NCBI GenBank assembly: GCA_002269645.1
Contig: NIVC01001509.1
Span: 186,001-250,000, forward strand
DNA length: 64,000 bases
From: Macrostomum lignano
Lineage: Eukaryota
Direction of reading: 5' to 3'
In this document: positions 12,124 to 25,580 of the stretch, piece after piece
How the letters are laid out: each line of letters opens with the position of its first letter
Position numbering within the stretch: position 1 is the first letter of the stretch
Translations under genes and position numbers: made by a program
Notes under the pieces: model-generated
The model's input: the letters and a program-made list of their open reading frames with translations, nothing else
Told to the model about the DNA's origin: nothing
Database searches by the model: none

Positions 12124-12440
12124 CAGGGGCGTCGCCACCGGGGGACAAGGGGGACATCCCCCTCCAGTGAAAGCTATGGGGGGACATGCCAATGCTTTGT
12201 CCCCCCCCCCAAACCCAACCTTGTGACCCGTTGTGGAAATCAAAAATTTGCTTGCTTCAGGGCGACAAAATGCTTCAGGGTGTGGCTGCGGCGCCAAAAT
12301 GAGTGGCTGCGGCGCCAAAATGAGTGACTGCGGCAATAAAATGAGTGCTGACAACACCGATTCTGAAAATAATGTACATGTACATAGAATTCTTAATTGG
12401 CTTTATCCCCCCCAACGTAAAATCCATGGCGACGCCCCTG
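12124..12440. mobile_element. hAT-like MITE
   Basis: 14-bp TIRs CAGGGGCGTCGCCA / TGGCGACGCCCCTG. No matching TSD found. Confidence 0.6.
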
Positions 12441-13680
12441 ATTCTAATGTTGGATTTAGTTTTAAGCCAGAATCGGCTGCTACATGCATAAAATTGCGAC
12501 TATGCAACCAATATTTCGAGTCCGGATTACAGATGCGAGTAACTATATACGTACTGTATATTCAATGCCGTCCGCTTGTAAAAACCAATAAACTTAACAA
12601 ATACGTTCGTACAAGCAACACACGCTCCATTAGGTTGTGCGTTCCATACATGTAAAATTACTGCAACGAACCTATATAGACCCATGAACTCGCTTTGCAG
12701 GCTTCTATAAAGGTACAGCAGTCCCCGTTAAGCCGCTCAGAACTTGCTCAGGCGAAAAATGTTCTTATTATAGCGCTCGTGATTGCGTCATGCTTGACTG
12801 CTTGCGAGTTTCTCCATTAGGACACGAAGCTGTAAAACTGATTGATATGCTCGCCCATATTCCTCCGATCAGCAGGGCGTCGTCTGAACGCTTTTTCTGA
12901 GGCCGTACAATGCCTTTCACATTTATTTAGCTATATATAGTCACGAACAACAAAACAGCCATGAAAAGGTCGGGCTTCACACGATGTTAAGAATTTTTTC
13001 TCAAAGATTTCCATTGCCTGCATGTACCAGCGTATGCTCGTATATGCAAATATTAATTACGGGTGAAACAATTAAAATATTGTTTGCCATTGGGAAAGAT
13101 GATGTAAGGAGTTATTACAACAATAGGTTAGCAGACTGTCACAGCTGCTATTGACAATGTCGGCTAAAATGTATTCGACACACACACGCAGCGCAGGGAC
13201 TGTTGAAACAAATACACTACGGTATTGAATGCTTTAAAAAATAGAATGATGGCTGATTCACTCTTAGGCATCGGGTTATAATTGGATGACAGCTCACGCG
13301 GGCGAAAAAAGCTGACTAACAAAAATTCGACTGCGCGGCGAGTATTTTGCTGAAAAAACACAGCTGCCACGTGGGTGGCACGTGACTGTACAACTGGTGA
13401 CTTTGACTCGTATCCATAGCGACAGGGGTTAGCAGTGTGACACAGGACGCACAATACGAGAGTACGATCGACAACAAATACATGTGCGCTGGGTTAAGAG
13501 CATCAGTTTTGCTCAATTTCGAGCATTGCAAGCTCGAGCTGGCTAATAGAGGCTCAACTGCAGGCTCTTGATGACAACCTCCGGATTGAAGCGTGAACAA
13601 TTATAGAGCTCGAAAAACTGCAGTTCGGAGACAAGTCTCACGGTCTAGTGAGCTCAAATTCTTTGCTATTCGGCGTCATT

Positions 13681-14935
13681 TCACAGGTGACTGACCATCA
13701 CAGTAGTGCCCAGCAAGTCGTCAAGTTCCTCGCGCGGTCCAAACGCCTCGTCGCTGCGGCAGAGGCTCCGCGAGCTGCTGCCTACGGACACTGTCGAGCC
13801 CTGCGACTTGTTCCGCGGCTGCCGCTCGGCCAGCATGTTGTGCACCACCGAGTTGGCCACGTGCTGGCTGAAGGCTACGCAGGAGTTGCGCCGCTCGGCA
13901 GAGGGGCTGCCGTTGGACGGGATGCCGTAGATTATGCGTGGCGCTGACTGACAGCAGCCGGCAGGCCCTGGCGAGAGCTGCGACGTTGGCCCAGGTGTCG
14001 TCGCAGGCAGCTGCGGCAGCGGCACGGAGATTGTGTCGGTAGCGTTGGCTGCGTTGGCGGATGGTCGCCGCAGAGGATTATTTCTCCAGCGCAGGTGCGA
14101 ACGGAAATGTTTGTTAAGCGCGGCGTAAATGAAAAAGTTGGCGTTGATGCAGAGCAGGTAGATCAGCTCGCACACCGGGTGCAGACGCCTGTACAGTGGA
14201 CAGCATGTCCAGAGCATGGAGCTGCCACAGGGACAGCGACGGTACAGCAGAGCAAAAACGTCCTTGAACAGCAGAGAGCGGGGCACCTGGCCGCAGAGGA
14301 ACACAAATATGACGACAATTAGCAGAACCGTCAGTCGCCTCTGGGCTCTGATGCGTTTCAGAGAGGCCTGCAACACCTTGGAGGCCCGCTTCGCCGACAG
14401 GTACCGACTACTGCTGCCGTCTCGAGCGCGCCTGCTGTGGCAGAGCACCAGCACCAGCAGCAGCGTGTTGTTGACGGCCAGCAGCAGCAGCGGCAGCAGG
14501 GTGGAGGCCCCGAGTCTGGCTAGCGAGTAGGCAGAATAGACGCTGGACCTGCCAAAATTCGTGCCTTCAATCAGCACGGAGAGCGAGGAGGTCGAGTTGC
14601 CTTCTCCATTCGGGTCCGTCCCGTTGTCGGTCAGGCGCCGGTCGAATTGAGTGCGCATGTTAAACGAGCTGGGCAGGTTAGGCAGGAAGCTGGCGCAGCA
14701 GACCAGCACCACGGTGAGTTTGGTGTCGGCCAGCTGGCAGCGGTTCCGCCGGAAGTGCAGATAGCGCATGGCCAGGTAGCGCTCGATGCCCAGCAGGACG
14801 GTGAGCCAGGCGCAGGCCGTCTGAAAGCTGAAGCTCACGGTTGTCACCACGTAGACGCTGCTGACGACCGAGACCAGCTGCGCGATTCGGAATGCGGATG
14901 AGTCGCACGGGAATCGGTCGCTGTGCTCCGTGCAG
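13681..14935 (-). CDS. Rhodopsin-class peptide-receptor-like GPCR-1, exon 2 (ECL1 to C-terminus)
   Basis: TM3 LGIERYLAMR, TM6 IFVFLCGQVP, TM7 CINANFFIY. The acceptor CCCGCAG at 14937-14936 completes the phase-2 Arg codon from exon 1. Confidence 0.9.
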
Positions 14936-14965
14936 CTGCGGGATGTCAGGTTGAATTTCATGTTC

Positions 14966-15965
14966 CTTCAGGTGTTGTTGCCACCCCAAACCCATCCTTC
15001 AGGTGTTGTTGCCACCCCAAACCCATCCTTCAGGTGTTGTTGCCACCCCAAACCCATCCTTCAGGTGTCTCCGCTACCCCAAACCCATCCTTCAGGTGTT
15101 GTTGCCACCCCAAACCCATCCTTCAGGTGTTGTTGCCACCCCAAACCCATCCTTCAGGTGTTGTTGCCACCCCAAACCCATCCTTCAGGTGTCTCCGCTA
15201 CTACAAACCCATCCTTCAGGTGTCTCCGCTACTACAAACCCATCCTTCAGGTGTTGTTGCCACCCCAAACCCATCCTTCAGGTGTTGTTGCCACCCCAAA
15301 CCCATCCTTCAGGTGTCTCCGCTACTACAAACCCATCCTTCAGGTGTCTCCGCTACTACAAACCCATCCTTCAGGTGTTGTTGCCACCCCAAACCCATCC
15401 TTCAGGTGTCTCCGCTACTACAAACCCATCCTTCAGGTGTCTCCGCTACTCCAAACCCATCCTTCAGGTGTCTCCGCTACTCCAAACCCATCCTTCAGGT
15501 ATTGTTGCCACCCCAAACCCATCCTTCAGGTGTTGTTGCCACCCCAAACCCATCCTTCAGGTGTCTCCGCTACTACAAACCCATCCTTCAGGTGTCTCCG
15601 CTACTACAAACCCATCCTTCAGGTGTTGTTGCCACCCCAAACCCATCCTTCAGGTGTTGTTGCCACCCCAAACCCATCCTTCAGGTGTCTCCGCTACCCC
15701 AAACCCATCCTTCAGGTGTCTCCGCTACCCCAAACCCATCCTTCAGGTGTTGTTGACACCCCAAACCCATCCTTCAGGTGTCTCCGCTACTCCAAACCCA
15801 TCCTTCAGGTGTCTCCGCTACTCCAAACCCATCCTTCAGGTGTTGTTGCCACCCCAAACCCATCCTTCAGGTATTTTTGCCATCCCAAACCCATCCTTCA
15901 GGTATTGTTGCTACCCCAAACCCATCCTTCAGGTGTGGGATACGCTACCAAACCCATCCTTCAGG
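14966..15965. repeat. 31-bp minisatellite with two interleaved variants
   Basis: CCTTCAGGTG(TTGTTGCCACCCC|TCTCCGCTACTAC)AAACCCAT. It begins ~30 bp from the GPCR-1 acceptor. Confidence 0.95.
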
Positions 15966-16334
15966 CATGATTGATTATTCATCAAAGCAGATTTTCAAGT
16001 GCAATTGAGGGTAAATTTTATATCGACATGTGTTGTGTCTTTAAGCTTTGAAACAGTACAAAATCACACAATTTTCTATCGCTCTTTGCATTTTTTTAAT
16101 CCTGTCGAACAGAAGCTTTTTTGCGAAGGCGCGGTTTCCATGGATGGGGATAAAAAATGCCGCCATTTTTGCAGCTCCGTTGAGCCAGGAAAGGAAAATC
16201 TGATTTCACAGAATGAAATAAAAATCTCTGTTCAATTCAGAAATTCTCAAGCCAATGCTCTGACTTATTCATATCTGAGAGCCCCAATTTAAGATAACCT
16301 TTGTCTACTGTGGAGAAAAACGTGAGCTGATAGG

Positions 16335-16528
<194 letters not shown>

Positions 16529-16879
16529 GTACCATCTGTATACGCCCTAAGGCCGCCAGCTCATCCAGTTGAGATAAAAGTACAACAGCGCCTTTGAGAA
16601 GAGGGATCCCCCGATGTCGTGAAGATTAGCGGATGACGAGGCGGCGCGGTTAAGCACGCTCTCTCTAAGCCTCCGAGTCAAACCTTCACTTCAGAGCTCC
16701 AGTATGTGAGACTGGGAGCGGACGGGTCATGTCATCTGGGATGGAGCTTCGTGTTGAGCACTCTCACGTTCCCCTCTGAAGAGCAATGAATGGCTGCCGC
16801 AACCAGGTGTGGATGAGGATATGAAAGCTTATACTAGTGCAGTAAACTTAATATCGAAATATATTAGAAAATAAATCCC

Positions 16880-17030
16880 TGTCTCGTCGCGAAAACGCGT
16901 TGAAATTCCCGCGGCCAAATTAATTTGGGGCCACTGTGCCTACCCAAGGCGCAAGTAAAGTGTACATCCTTGACGAATAGAAAGTCAGGGCCTCTGTACA
17001 CCTTGTGTGAGCTGTTTGTGTTCAGGGAGT
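16880..17030 (+). mobile_element. Partial copy of dispersed repeat family B (tRNA-like SINE)
   Basis: Shares CCAAGGyGC..GTGTACAT.CCTGACGA.TAGAA.GTCAGG..CTGTAC with 21345-21525 and the reverse complement of 40262-40410. Confidence 0.45.
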
Positions 17031-17632
17031 TGCCATGACTGCTTGCTTGATTGACACCTTGATCTACAAACTAGCTGACAAATAACTAACTGCAGTAACC
17101 AACCAGGTAAATAAAAGTACATCTGTACTCTTCGAAATGGAAATTTCTTCTATAGGATTTGCCAAATCCCCAGTCTGGAGATTGAACTGGGCCTGGCTCG
17201 CTTGATTGATTTTTTTCTCACGTAGAAACTCTTCAACATTCACATTATAACAAAATGACCTTCACCGTGGTTTACTATTCGACAGTTATATAGTACACTC
17301 CAACTTGCGCCTAGTCAAAAAAATTTCAGCTTAAGCATGAGAGGCCTTGTCGACCGGGAAAACAAAACAATACATCAAATTGGTAAAAGCTATTTGGCTT
17401 AGCGCTGCTACCTGAATTTCTCAAGTGGACGAAAATATCAGCGCCGATGCTTATTCAATGAGAAATGTCTAGCGACACACTGAGCAGACACTCGAGTGTG
17501 GAATTAAAACAGAATTTTTCCCCTGGGCCCAGCGCGGGTCTTCTTGTTTTCGAGGCTGTCAACATAACTCGCTGTTTTTTCTATTCAGGCAATTTTTTAT
17601 TTATGACAGCTTCAACTGGCTTCTCTCTAAAT

Positions 17633-17830
17633 GTCAGTGTAATTAGCAGTGTGACTATCAGTGTAATTAGCAGTGTGACTGTCAGTGTAATTAGCAGTGT
17701 GACTGTCAGTGTAATTAGCAGTGTGACTGTCAGTGTAATTAGCAGTGTGACTGTCAGTGTAATTAGCAGTGTGACTGTCAGTGTAATTAGCAGTGTGACT
17801 GTCAGTGTAATTAGCAGTGTGACTATCAGT
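17633..17830. repeat. 24-bp minisatellite
   Basis: Unit GTCAGTGTAATTAGCAGTGTGACT, ~8 copies. Confidence 0.95.
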
Positions 17831-18853
17831 GTGGCGATTTGTGACAGAGAATGTTGTTTCAAGCTCAAATTGGTTCCTGAATGCATTTGAGCCGCGGATA
17901 AATGAGTCTGTTTCTTCATCAACGGTTCGAGTTTAATTTCCTGCTAATCTGAAGCCGCCAAGATGCATAGGAAGTGCGGCCGAAACTGGGATCTGGAGCC
18001 TTGGCTGCATCCAGCAGAGGCGGTAGACCCGAAAATTAACAATAAAGCAAATGGATTTTTCCGTTCCTGTCTAATCAGTTTGGTTTCTGTTGAAACGAAA
18101 TTGACAAAAACAAAACATGTTTTTGAGCCCTCCGAGTTTCAGCAAAATTGCGCTGATAATAATAAACGTTTTGGTAGGCGGTAATCCGTCTCTCCGGGAT
18201 CCTGTTTCTCAGTTGGGAGGCCTGCTTCAGTCTTTTCAGATCTGAGGGGTGCAGATAAGAACTCAAATCCCTAAAGGCAGCATGGGGGGCAAGCGGGCAG
18301 ACAACACAACCCGAGAGCTGTCCTGGTGACGTTGCATCAAGCTGCACTAAAGCCACATCCCAGATTAATCCCCTGGCCAAACGAGGATTTAACTGCTGGA
18401 GGCATGGCTGCAGCTTGAATCCCAATAATCCCGCCGTCTCTGTCTTCACTTATTCTATATATGTACAGATGCGCTAGTTAAATCTGTAGCTGTGTACATT
18501 CCGTACAGCGCTGGCACTGCGGTAGTTACAATTTTTCAAGCTTCCAACTGCTGCTAACTTCTGCTGACAGCGGGGGTGGGTTCCAGGCCGCTGCTGAGCA
18601 TATTCTTTTGTATCTAGCTCGTACGAGGGACACCCCTCGTATCACAGATTCTACGAGTATCTTGCCTAGATGCATCACTCCAGCATTCGATAATGCAGCT
18701 CGTATTTAGCGGCCGTCTCCGAGGCCCCGAAAACGGGGGGAGGGGTCAGGGCCATAGACACTAGCTGGTGCTGCTAATGCCTGAGAGGAGCAGCAGAAGC
18801 TATTGTCTATGGTCTTAACCCCATGGCTGGAGTGGCCTATCTAGGGTTATATA

Positions 18854-19504
18854 TACTGTCCGTCAAAAGTTCCGGAACCCTTGCTACGATGTCTTCTAGC
18901 GGACATAATTTCAGTCCGTTTCAATTGTAACTTGATTCAAATGAAAGCTGCGGATCTCAGCTCCATGATGTGGTCAAGAAAAAGTTTATTCGAAGGAGCG
19001 CGTGTGAACAGGCCAGTGTTATGTACATAAAGGTTAGTGAAAAAAAAGTGAGGAAAAGGCAAACAAGCAATTGTCTATGGTTGCTGAGTCTATGGAGCAA
19101 ACACACATGGGAAGGAATCGGTTTGCGCGCAGTGTTCAGCCTGGCTAACATTAGTCTATGGCCAAAACTTGTGTTGAAATCAACAGGCTCTTATGGATTC
19201 TTGTGCAGTCAGCTTTCATGGGAGAGTAAAAAACAGGGTCTACGTCAACAAGCCAGCTTAGCAAAATGCCGGTTGTTAGCACTGAGACGCAGTGGTGGGT
19301 CTTTTCCTCACTTTTTTTCTCTAACCTTTATGTACATAACACTGGCCTGTTCACACGCGCTCCTTCGAATAAACTTTTTCTTGACCACATCATGGAGCTG
19401 AGATCCGCAGCTTTCATTTGAATCAAGTTACAATTAAAACGGACTGAAATTATGTCCTCTAGAAGACATCGTAGCAAGGGTTCCGGAACTTTTGACGGAC
19501 AGTA
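18854..19504. mobile_element. Tc1/mariner-type MITE with ~215-bp near-perfect TIRs
   Basis: TACTGTCCGTCAAAAGTTCCGGAAC... (18854-~19068) is the inverse of ~19289-19504. Flanked by TA on both sides. No coding capacity. Confidence 0.9.
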
Positions 19505-20317
19505 TATTATAGTAGAATCTGTGCTATTGGTAATTTATTTGATGCTGAGTATTGATCACAAAAGAGCTTAAAAGTACATGTACTGATGTAGCAATTATTC
19601 TGTAGAAGGCTGGAATGCCTCTTCGGTTTCCAGAGCCCGGCTTACTTGGAAGGAAATTAAAATGGAGAGCCAGAGAAACTCTGGAGCTTGAAGTGCACGT
19701 CCGAAGATGTTTGGGTTAACTAAGTACTTGAATTTCGCAATTCCTTACAAGCTTGGAATTCACTATAAAACAATAGCTTGAAACTCAATAGCACAAAAAG
19801 AGAGGGATTGCGGATCGGATGGATAGAGATTCGATTTTAGACAAGCTCTATATTTAGGTTCCACCCTCTATTCGCAACGGGCCCGAATCAATAATTCTAT
19901 CGATCTGCCAGCCCCCCCCCCCACCTTGATGATCGCATCGCCCGATCCCTGGGAATCTGCAGCATGTGACAGCCGCCGCCTCCTTTCTATCCGCATGGGA
20001 CTCTGTATCGCACTTCACTGTAGGATTGTAGAACATTCGCTTTCAGTCAGTGCGCCGTTCTTGTGCACGCGTTTCAAAACGGCCCCCCTTTCAGAGCCAA
20101 AATCGATATTATTTAGCGAACCTGCAATCAACTGAGAAACGTCTCATAAAGGTTCAGCTGTGGCTTCAGTCTGCCTGACACTCGGTTTCTAGAGAAAGTT
20201 TGGGAGGCTGGAAGATGTCTTAAATACACAGTTAGCGTTAAATGCATCCCTATTCATGCATTTTGCAGCAGCATCTCCCTTACCTTTATGGGTCTGTCTG
20301 AGTTGAGGTTGAGGCCT

Positions 20318-20610
20318 AATAATAATATAATAATAATAACTGATTACACCTGCCCCAATTGGGCCAGATGTGCAACCAACAGCTCAGCCGCAGCTATTGC
20401 GTGGCACATCTGAAGGCTGCGTACGGCTGTTCAGTCCAAGGACTGGGGGGTCGCCACACACCCTCAATTACCCCAGCTAATGCTGGCACCCATTTTACAG
20501 CTGGGTGAACGGAAGCAATGCAGAGTTTAAAGTGTCTTGCTCAAGGACACAAATTGTTCCGAGTGACCTTGAGGTCGGGAGTCCGACGCTCTGACCACTA
20601 GGCTACACCC
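20318..20610 (-). mobile_element. tRNA-derived CORE-like SINE (family A)
   Basis: A-box-like TAGCCTAGTGG head, then GTGTCCTTGAGCAAGACACTT...CCCAGCTGTAAAATGGG resembling the CORE domain, then an (ATT)n tail. Confidence 0.75.
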
Positions 20611-21344
20611 GTCGAGAGCTAAACAGAGTCGAACCGGCTAAGACGGAGTCGTTCGCGGATCTCCGTTATAAAACGATCCGAAATGAGATAAGGCAGTTCA
20701 GTTGCGTTGCCAAGCCGATTTTGCCCGGATCAGCTTCCGCTGGGCGCCGATAACAGAGAGATAAATAATAATAAATCTGCCAACCCGGGCCGGGCCATCT
20801 GGCTCCAAGGACAGCTCAGCCAAGGAGACCTTGGATAAGACATCTGGGCTGTCAGATATTCTCCAGACCCTCAATTTTAGACACTGGGAGGCCGCTAGTT
20901 TGAGCAATATGTCTCACAAATTTTCTGATAATGCCTCAGTAAAACATTGCGCCAATTATTGTCTTGATCGATGCATTTTTCGTTCTCCTGTCACATTCGA
21001 CCCAGCTAGTGATTCGGCCTCCAGAACTGTGCAACCTCTAAGTGTCTGACAATTGGTGTTTTTGACAGAGTCGCTGCTATTCCAAGTCATCGTTCAAGAT
21101 GTCCTTGGCGCAGCGTCCGGCGTCCTTGTAGCGCCTGGAAATTTTCCATGGTTGGTTAAGAAGCATCTCTATGAGTATGTTTAGCGAGACCGACCGCAGG
21201 GAAGCTTCGAGAAGCACAAAGCAGGCGTTAGAAACCGAATAATGCGGTTTGCGAATGAGCTTAGCGCCCTGGGCCTTCGGTTCTCTCAATCTACTTATCC
21301 TCTGAGCTCATGCACATTGTTTAGTTCATTCCCACACAGGGCGT

Positions 21345-21525
21345 CGAACTCCATGATGGGTTCGGCCACATAGCGCGGCCAACCACATTAATTTTCGGGC
21401 TCTGTGCGCAGAAATGTGTCCGGGCTGTACCGTTCCCGTCCACGAGACCCAACCTTCAAGGTGCAGAGAGTGTACATGCCTGACGATAGAAAAGCCAGGG
21501 CCTCTGTGTGCACCCTGTGAGAGCA
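21345..21525 (+). mobile_element. Dispersed repeat family B copy
   Basis: GGTTCGGCCAC B-box-like motif plus the shared hairpin block. Confidence 0.45.
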
Positions 21526-21562
21526 CACGCTTGCGAGTCGACTCAAAGATCTCCGGCATCTT

Positions 21563-21823
21563 GGAGCGTCGGACTCACGACTTGAAGGTCGGGGTTCGAT
21601 TCTCGACCCACTCGGAACAATTTGTGTCCTTGAGCAAGACACTTAACTCAGCATTGCTTCAGCTCACCCAGCTGTAAAATGGGTGCCAGCATTAGCTGGA
21701 ATCATTGAGGGTGTGCGTGGCGACCCCCCAGTCCTTGGACTGAACAGCCGTACGCAATAGCTGCGGCTGAGCTGTCGGTTGCACATCTGGCCCAATTGGA
21801 GCAGGTGTAATCAATTTATTTTT
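21563..21823 (+). mobile_element. tRNA-derived CORE-like SINE (family A)
   Basis: B-box GGTTCGATTC followed by the same CORE-like body as 20318-20610, in opposite orientation. Confidence 0.75.
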
Positions 21824-22464
21824 TGCCCCGATTTGAAAATGCTTGATTTGCAGCTGTTTTGCGAAGAGGGTACATGTAGAGTGGCTTAAATGCGACCAAT
21901 GGCTTAACCTTCACTGGGCCAATAGATGATCAAGAAGAGACGTCGGAACTGGCTTCATCACTCGCTAGAGCCTATTCTTCATACGTTGAAGCTGAACAGC
22001 TTGAAGCGTACGTTTAATTTTTAAAGTACGCTCGTACAGCGTAAGTCTTGGGCTTATTGGATTATATAATAATGAAACTATACGTCAAAGGGTTTTTAAA
22101 GGATTACGCATTTGAGCTTGTCTGCTCAGTAGCATATTTTCTCCTCGGAAAGTCAGCATTGGGATTAATTATAACCTTTGATTCGTTCCTCCTATTTTAA
22201 GGTACGATAGTACAACAAGAAACCCTGGGAATCCGTGGGAGTGCTGAGTTTAAAGGCGAAAGATTAATTTACGAGCGTATTCTAATATTGATGTCCTAGT
22301 TATTTAATATTTGACACAGTGCACGTATTTTGCATTCCAGCCAGAATTTTAGGATTTATAGGCGCATTTCCAACCCTGGACTAAACACGGGGTGTAACCA
22401 TGGGGGACAGGGGGCAGTGCCATATGCAATCGGCTGGCAAAAGCATATGGCACCCCATGAAGCA

Positions 22465-22815
22465 GCCTGCCCCTGGTGCTGGAGCCCCTGGTGCTGGCGC
22501 CCCTGGTGCTGGCGTCCCTGGTGCTGGCGCCCCTGGTGCTGGCGCCCCTGGTGCTGGCGCCCCTGGTGCTGGCGCCCCTGGTGCTGGCGTCTCTGGTGCT
22601 GGCATCTCTGGTGCTGGCGTCTCTGGTGCTGGCGCCCCTGGTGCTGGCGCCCCTGGTGCTGGCGTCTCTGGTGCTGGCGTCTCTGGTGCTGGCGTCTCTG
22701 GTGCTGGCGCCCCTGGTGCTGGCGTCTCTGGTGCTGGCGTCTCTGGTGCTGGCGCCCCTGGTGCTGGCGCCCCTGGTGCTGGCGTCTCTGGTGCTGGCGC
22801 CCCTGGTGCTGGCTC
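22465..22815. repeat. 15-bp GC-rich minisatellite
   Basis: Unit CCCTGGTGCTGGCGC / CTCTGGTGCTGGCGT. Confidence 0.95.
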
Positions 22816-22918
22816 AAATGAAATGGCGCCTCACTAAGGCTACTCCTCTTCACCAAACGCACCCAGTAAAGAACCGCACAACGACGGCAGTCTGATAGCA
22901 AGCCACTGGGCTACTTAC

Positions 22919-23232
22919 CGCACGGCGCTGACTACATAGAACAGGTAGAATCCCAGGAACACGGCATCGAGCATCGAGATGGCCGCCAGGTAAGCATAGG
23001 CCGGCCCATCGAAATGCTGTTTCTTGAACACGCAGAAAGTGGCCAGGTTGAGAACGATTCCCGTGCAGCAGAGCAAAACCGGAACGTGAAAGGTGAGCAG
23101 CAGTTCCAGCTGCATCTCCGGAGGGCTCAGCTTACACTCGGACTTGTTAGCCAGATGCCAGCGCACCTGACTGATGGGCGACTGGCAGGTGAGGTTTGTG
23201 TCCTCGGTGTCGAGTAAACTGTGCGTCTGCAT
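22919..23232 (-). CDS. GPCR-1 exon 1 (N-terminus, TM1-TM2)
   Basis: MQTHSLL...TGIVLNLATFCVF...AYAYLAAISMLDAVFL. Donor GTAAGT at 22918. 314 nt (phase 2) joins exon 2 to give 522 aa across an ~8-kb intron. Confidence 0.85.
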
Positions 23233-24184
23233 GTCGAAGTCCCGGCGGCAGCTGCGGGCAGCCCTGTGGAAGCAGATCGGGGTTGCAAGTCTCTTTAATC
23301 TCATTTCTTGTCAAGGATTCCACAGATTCATCGCCCTCTCACCTGTCCAGTGCAGCCAATCCAAGTGCTTCCTTCTCTTCGTTACCTTCTACTGTCTCGG
23401 CCTTCTTTTCCTATCCGCTCCAGGCGTGCTGAGCCGGCCTGAATTGGTGGCAGCCCAAAGAAGAAGCAGAAAGCAGAAATTAAATGCAGCAGCGGCTCTG
23501 CCAGCGCCTGATTGGCTGCGAGCGAATTGAACCCAACCTCAATCCGATGCACTTCGTTCAGTCATTGAATTATTCATTTCTCCACCTTTGCCTTCTCTCT
23601 CTCTCCCTCTCTGCTAAGCCCAGCCGACTTTCCAGAATGCATCGTAGCGACCAGGCAGGTGGGCTTGCACAGGCCGCATCCTGATGATTTCTGAAGGTTC
23701 TGAGTAAACTTTTATAGCAAATTTGAGATTCCACTTTCGAATCCGTGATTTGAAATCAACCGGTTTTTGTCTGGATAAATACAGATAAATACAGCAGTTG
23801 AATTTCCACTCCAGTTGTGCCAATTAAAGGAATATCAATGGCAATTTCTCAAGCACGTATTCACGCCTCTCGCTGGCCAGGTGTTGAGAGTCTTCCAGCC
23901 TATTTCTGTCCGCAACCTGCACCTTCCACTCAATTCTGATTCTCTACTCTTCCTGCCCGATTTCTCCTACTGCAGCCCCCTATTCATCCTGGCTCAGAGC
24001 GCGGCATCAGGCTGTGCTTGTGAGCTGAGCCGTTAGAGTGCGCCAGGCAAAGTCGCGAGACTTTGCGGAAGTTTTTATGCGTTCTGAAACTTGCTTAGCA
24101 CTCAATTCTAGTGAAATACGAGTAGTTTTCCTTATATTGTCTACTACTTACAGTTACCTGTATATAGGACACCCCTACTGTATC

Positions 24185-24575
24185 CGCTTGCAGGACACTC
24201 AAGACCGATTGCAGGACACTCATGCTGTATCAGATTGCAGGACACTCAAGACCGATTGCAGGACACTCAAGACCGATTGCAGGACACTCAAGACCGATTG
24301 CAGGACACTCATGCTGTATCAGATTGCAGGACACTCAAGACCGATTGCAGGACACTCAAGACCGATTGCAGGACACTCAAGACCGATTGCAGGACACTCA
24401 AGACCGATTGCAGGACACTCATGCTGTATCAGATTGCAGGACACTCAAGACCGATTGCAGGACACTCATGCTGTATCAGATTGCAGGACACTCAAGACCG
24501 ATTGCAGGACACTCAAGACCGATTGCAGGACACTCAAAACCGATTGCAAGACACTCAAGACCGATTGCAAGACAC
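24185..24575. repeat. 21-bp minisatellite with a 26-bp variant
   Basis: CAGGACACTCAAGACCGATTG interspersed with CAGGACACTCATGCTGTATCAGATTG. Confidence 0.95.
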
Positions 24576-25169
24576 AGTGACACACTTCCATTTTATACAT
24601 GTAAAGACCACATTATACAGTAGATAAAATGACATTCCTCCTTTGGCATGCTTCTTTAGGATCTTCGCGGGCCCGCAGTAGTGGTAGTGTAAACACTCAA
24701 GTAAGCTCGTGGTTTATGATTGGCTTTTACAACCGCTACACAATGCACTTCCCTAGCCCGCGATGCGCCACAAATCCCTTTGCGAAAGTTTCCCAATTAG
24801 TTTGGGAACCGAATGGGCCATAATTTGATTTCTAAGCATTAGTGTTCCCATCTACGCTTTATAGGTTGGGAAGTGCGGAAGTCAGGGAGCACTGCGAGCT
24901 GCAGTCAGAGATAAGACAACTGGGATAAAAGCATGCAGATCTGTTCATCAAATCCCAGCATATGCGAGGCTGTTGAGAAATTGTACTTTTATTAAGCAAG
25001 AGAAAGAGAAATAATACCGCTGCAAGACCAGCTCACTTTTCGGTAACGAGCGGGCACTAATTGCGTTGATTTAACTCCACGGCTACTATGGGAAGGCAGG
25101 ATTTTTAATTCAAGCTTATCCTGACACACTTTCCTTGCTCCTCCTCTGCACCGCCTCGCTCTCTTCCCT

Positions 25170-25580
25170 GGAATTCCCCTCTATTACCCTCATCTATTTT
25201 ACCCTTATCTATATTACACTCATCTCTATTCCCCTCATCTCTATTCCCCTCATCTCTATTCCCCTCATCTCTATTCCCCTCATCTCTATTCCCTTCATCT
25301 CTATTCCCCTCATCTCCATTCCCCTCATCTTCATTCCCTCCATCTCTATTCCCTCCATCTCCATTCCCTTCATCTCTATTCCCCTCATCTCCATTCCCTT
25401 CATCTCTATTCCTCTCATCTTCATTCCCCTCATCCCAATTCCTCTCGTCTCCATTCCCATTATCTCTATTCCCCTCATCTCTATTCCCTTCATCTCTGTT
25501 CCCTTCATCTCTGTTCCCTTCATCTCCACCCCCTCATCTCTATTCCCCTCATCTCTGTTCCCTTCATCTCTATTCCCAAA
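25170..25580. repeat. 15-bp minisatellite
   Basis: Unit CTCTATTCCCCTCAT. Confidence 0.9.

Noticed and set aside
18075-18449. Minus-strand ORF with DVALVQLD...VVCPL resembling a trypsin fragment
   Set aside because: There are no catalytic His or Ser motifs nearby and the similarity is too short.
21470-21510. CTGACGA..GAAA in repeat family B as a minimal hammerhead
   Set aside because: There is no stem III or correctly paired stem I, and the core bases vary between copies (TTGACGA, GAAG).
20560-21610. Functional tRNA genes
   Set aside because: The A- and B-box-like motifs belong to SINE heads, each copy lacks one box, and no full cloverleaf forms.
22330-22901. GAGAP / HQGRQ / WCWRP repeat proteins resembling silk, elastin or His-rich proteins
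   Set aside because: A 15-bp unit without stops is open in five frames. It lies in the GPCR-1 intron ~100 bp from the donor and has no signal peptide or supported exon boundaries.
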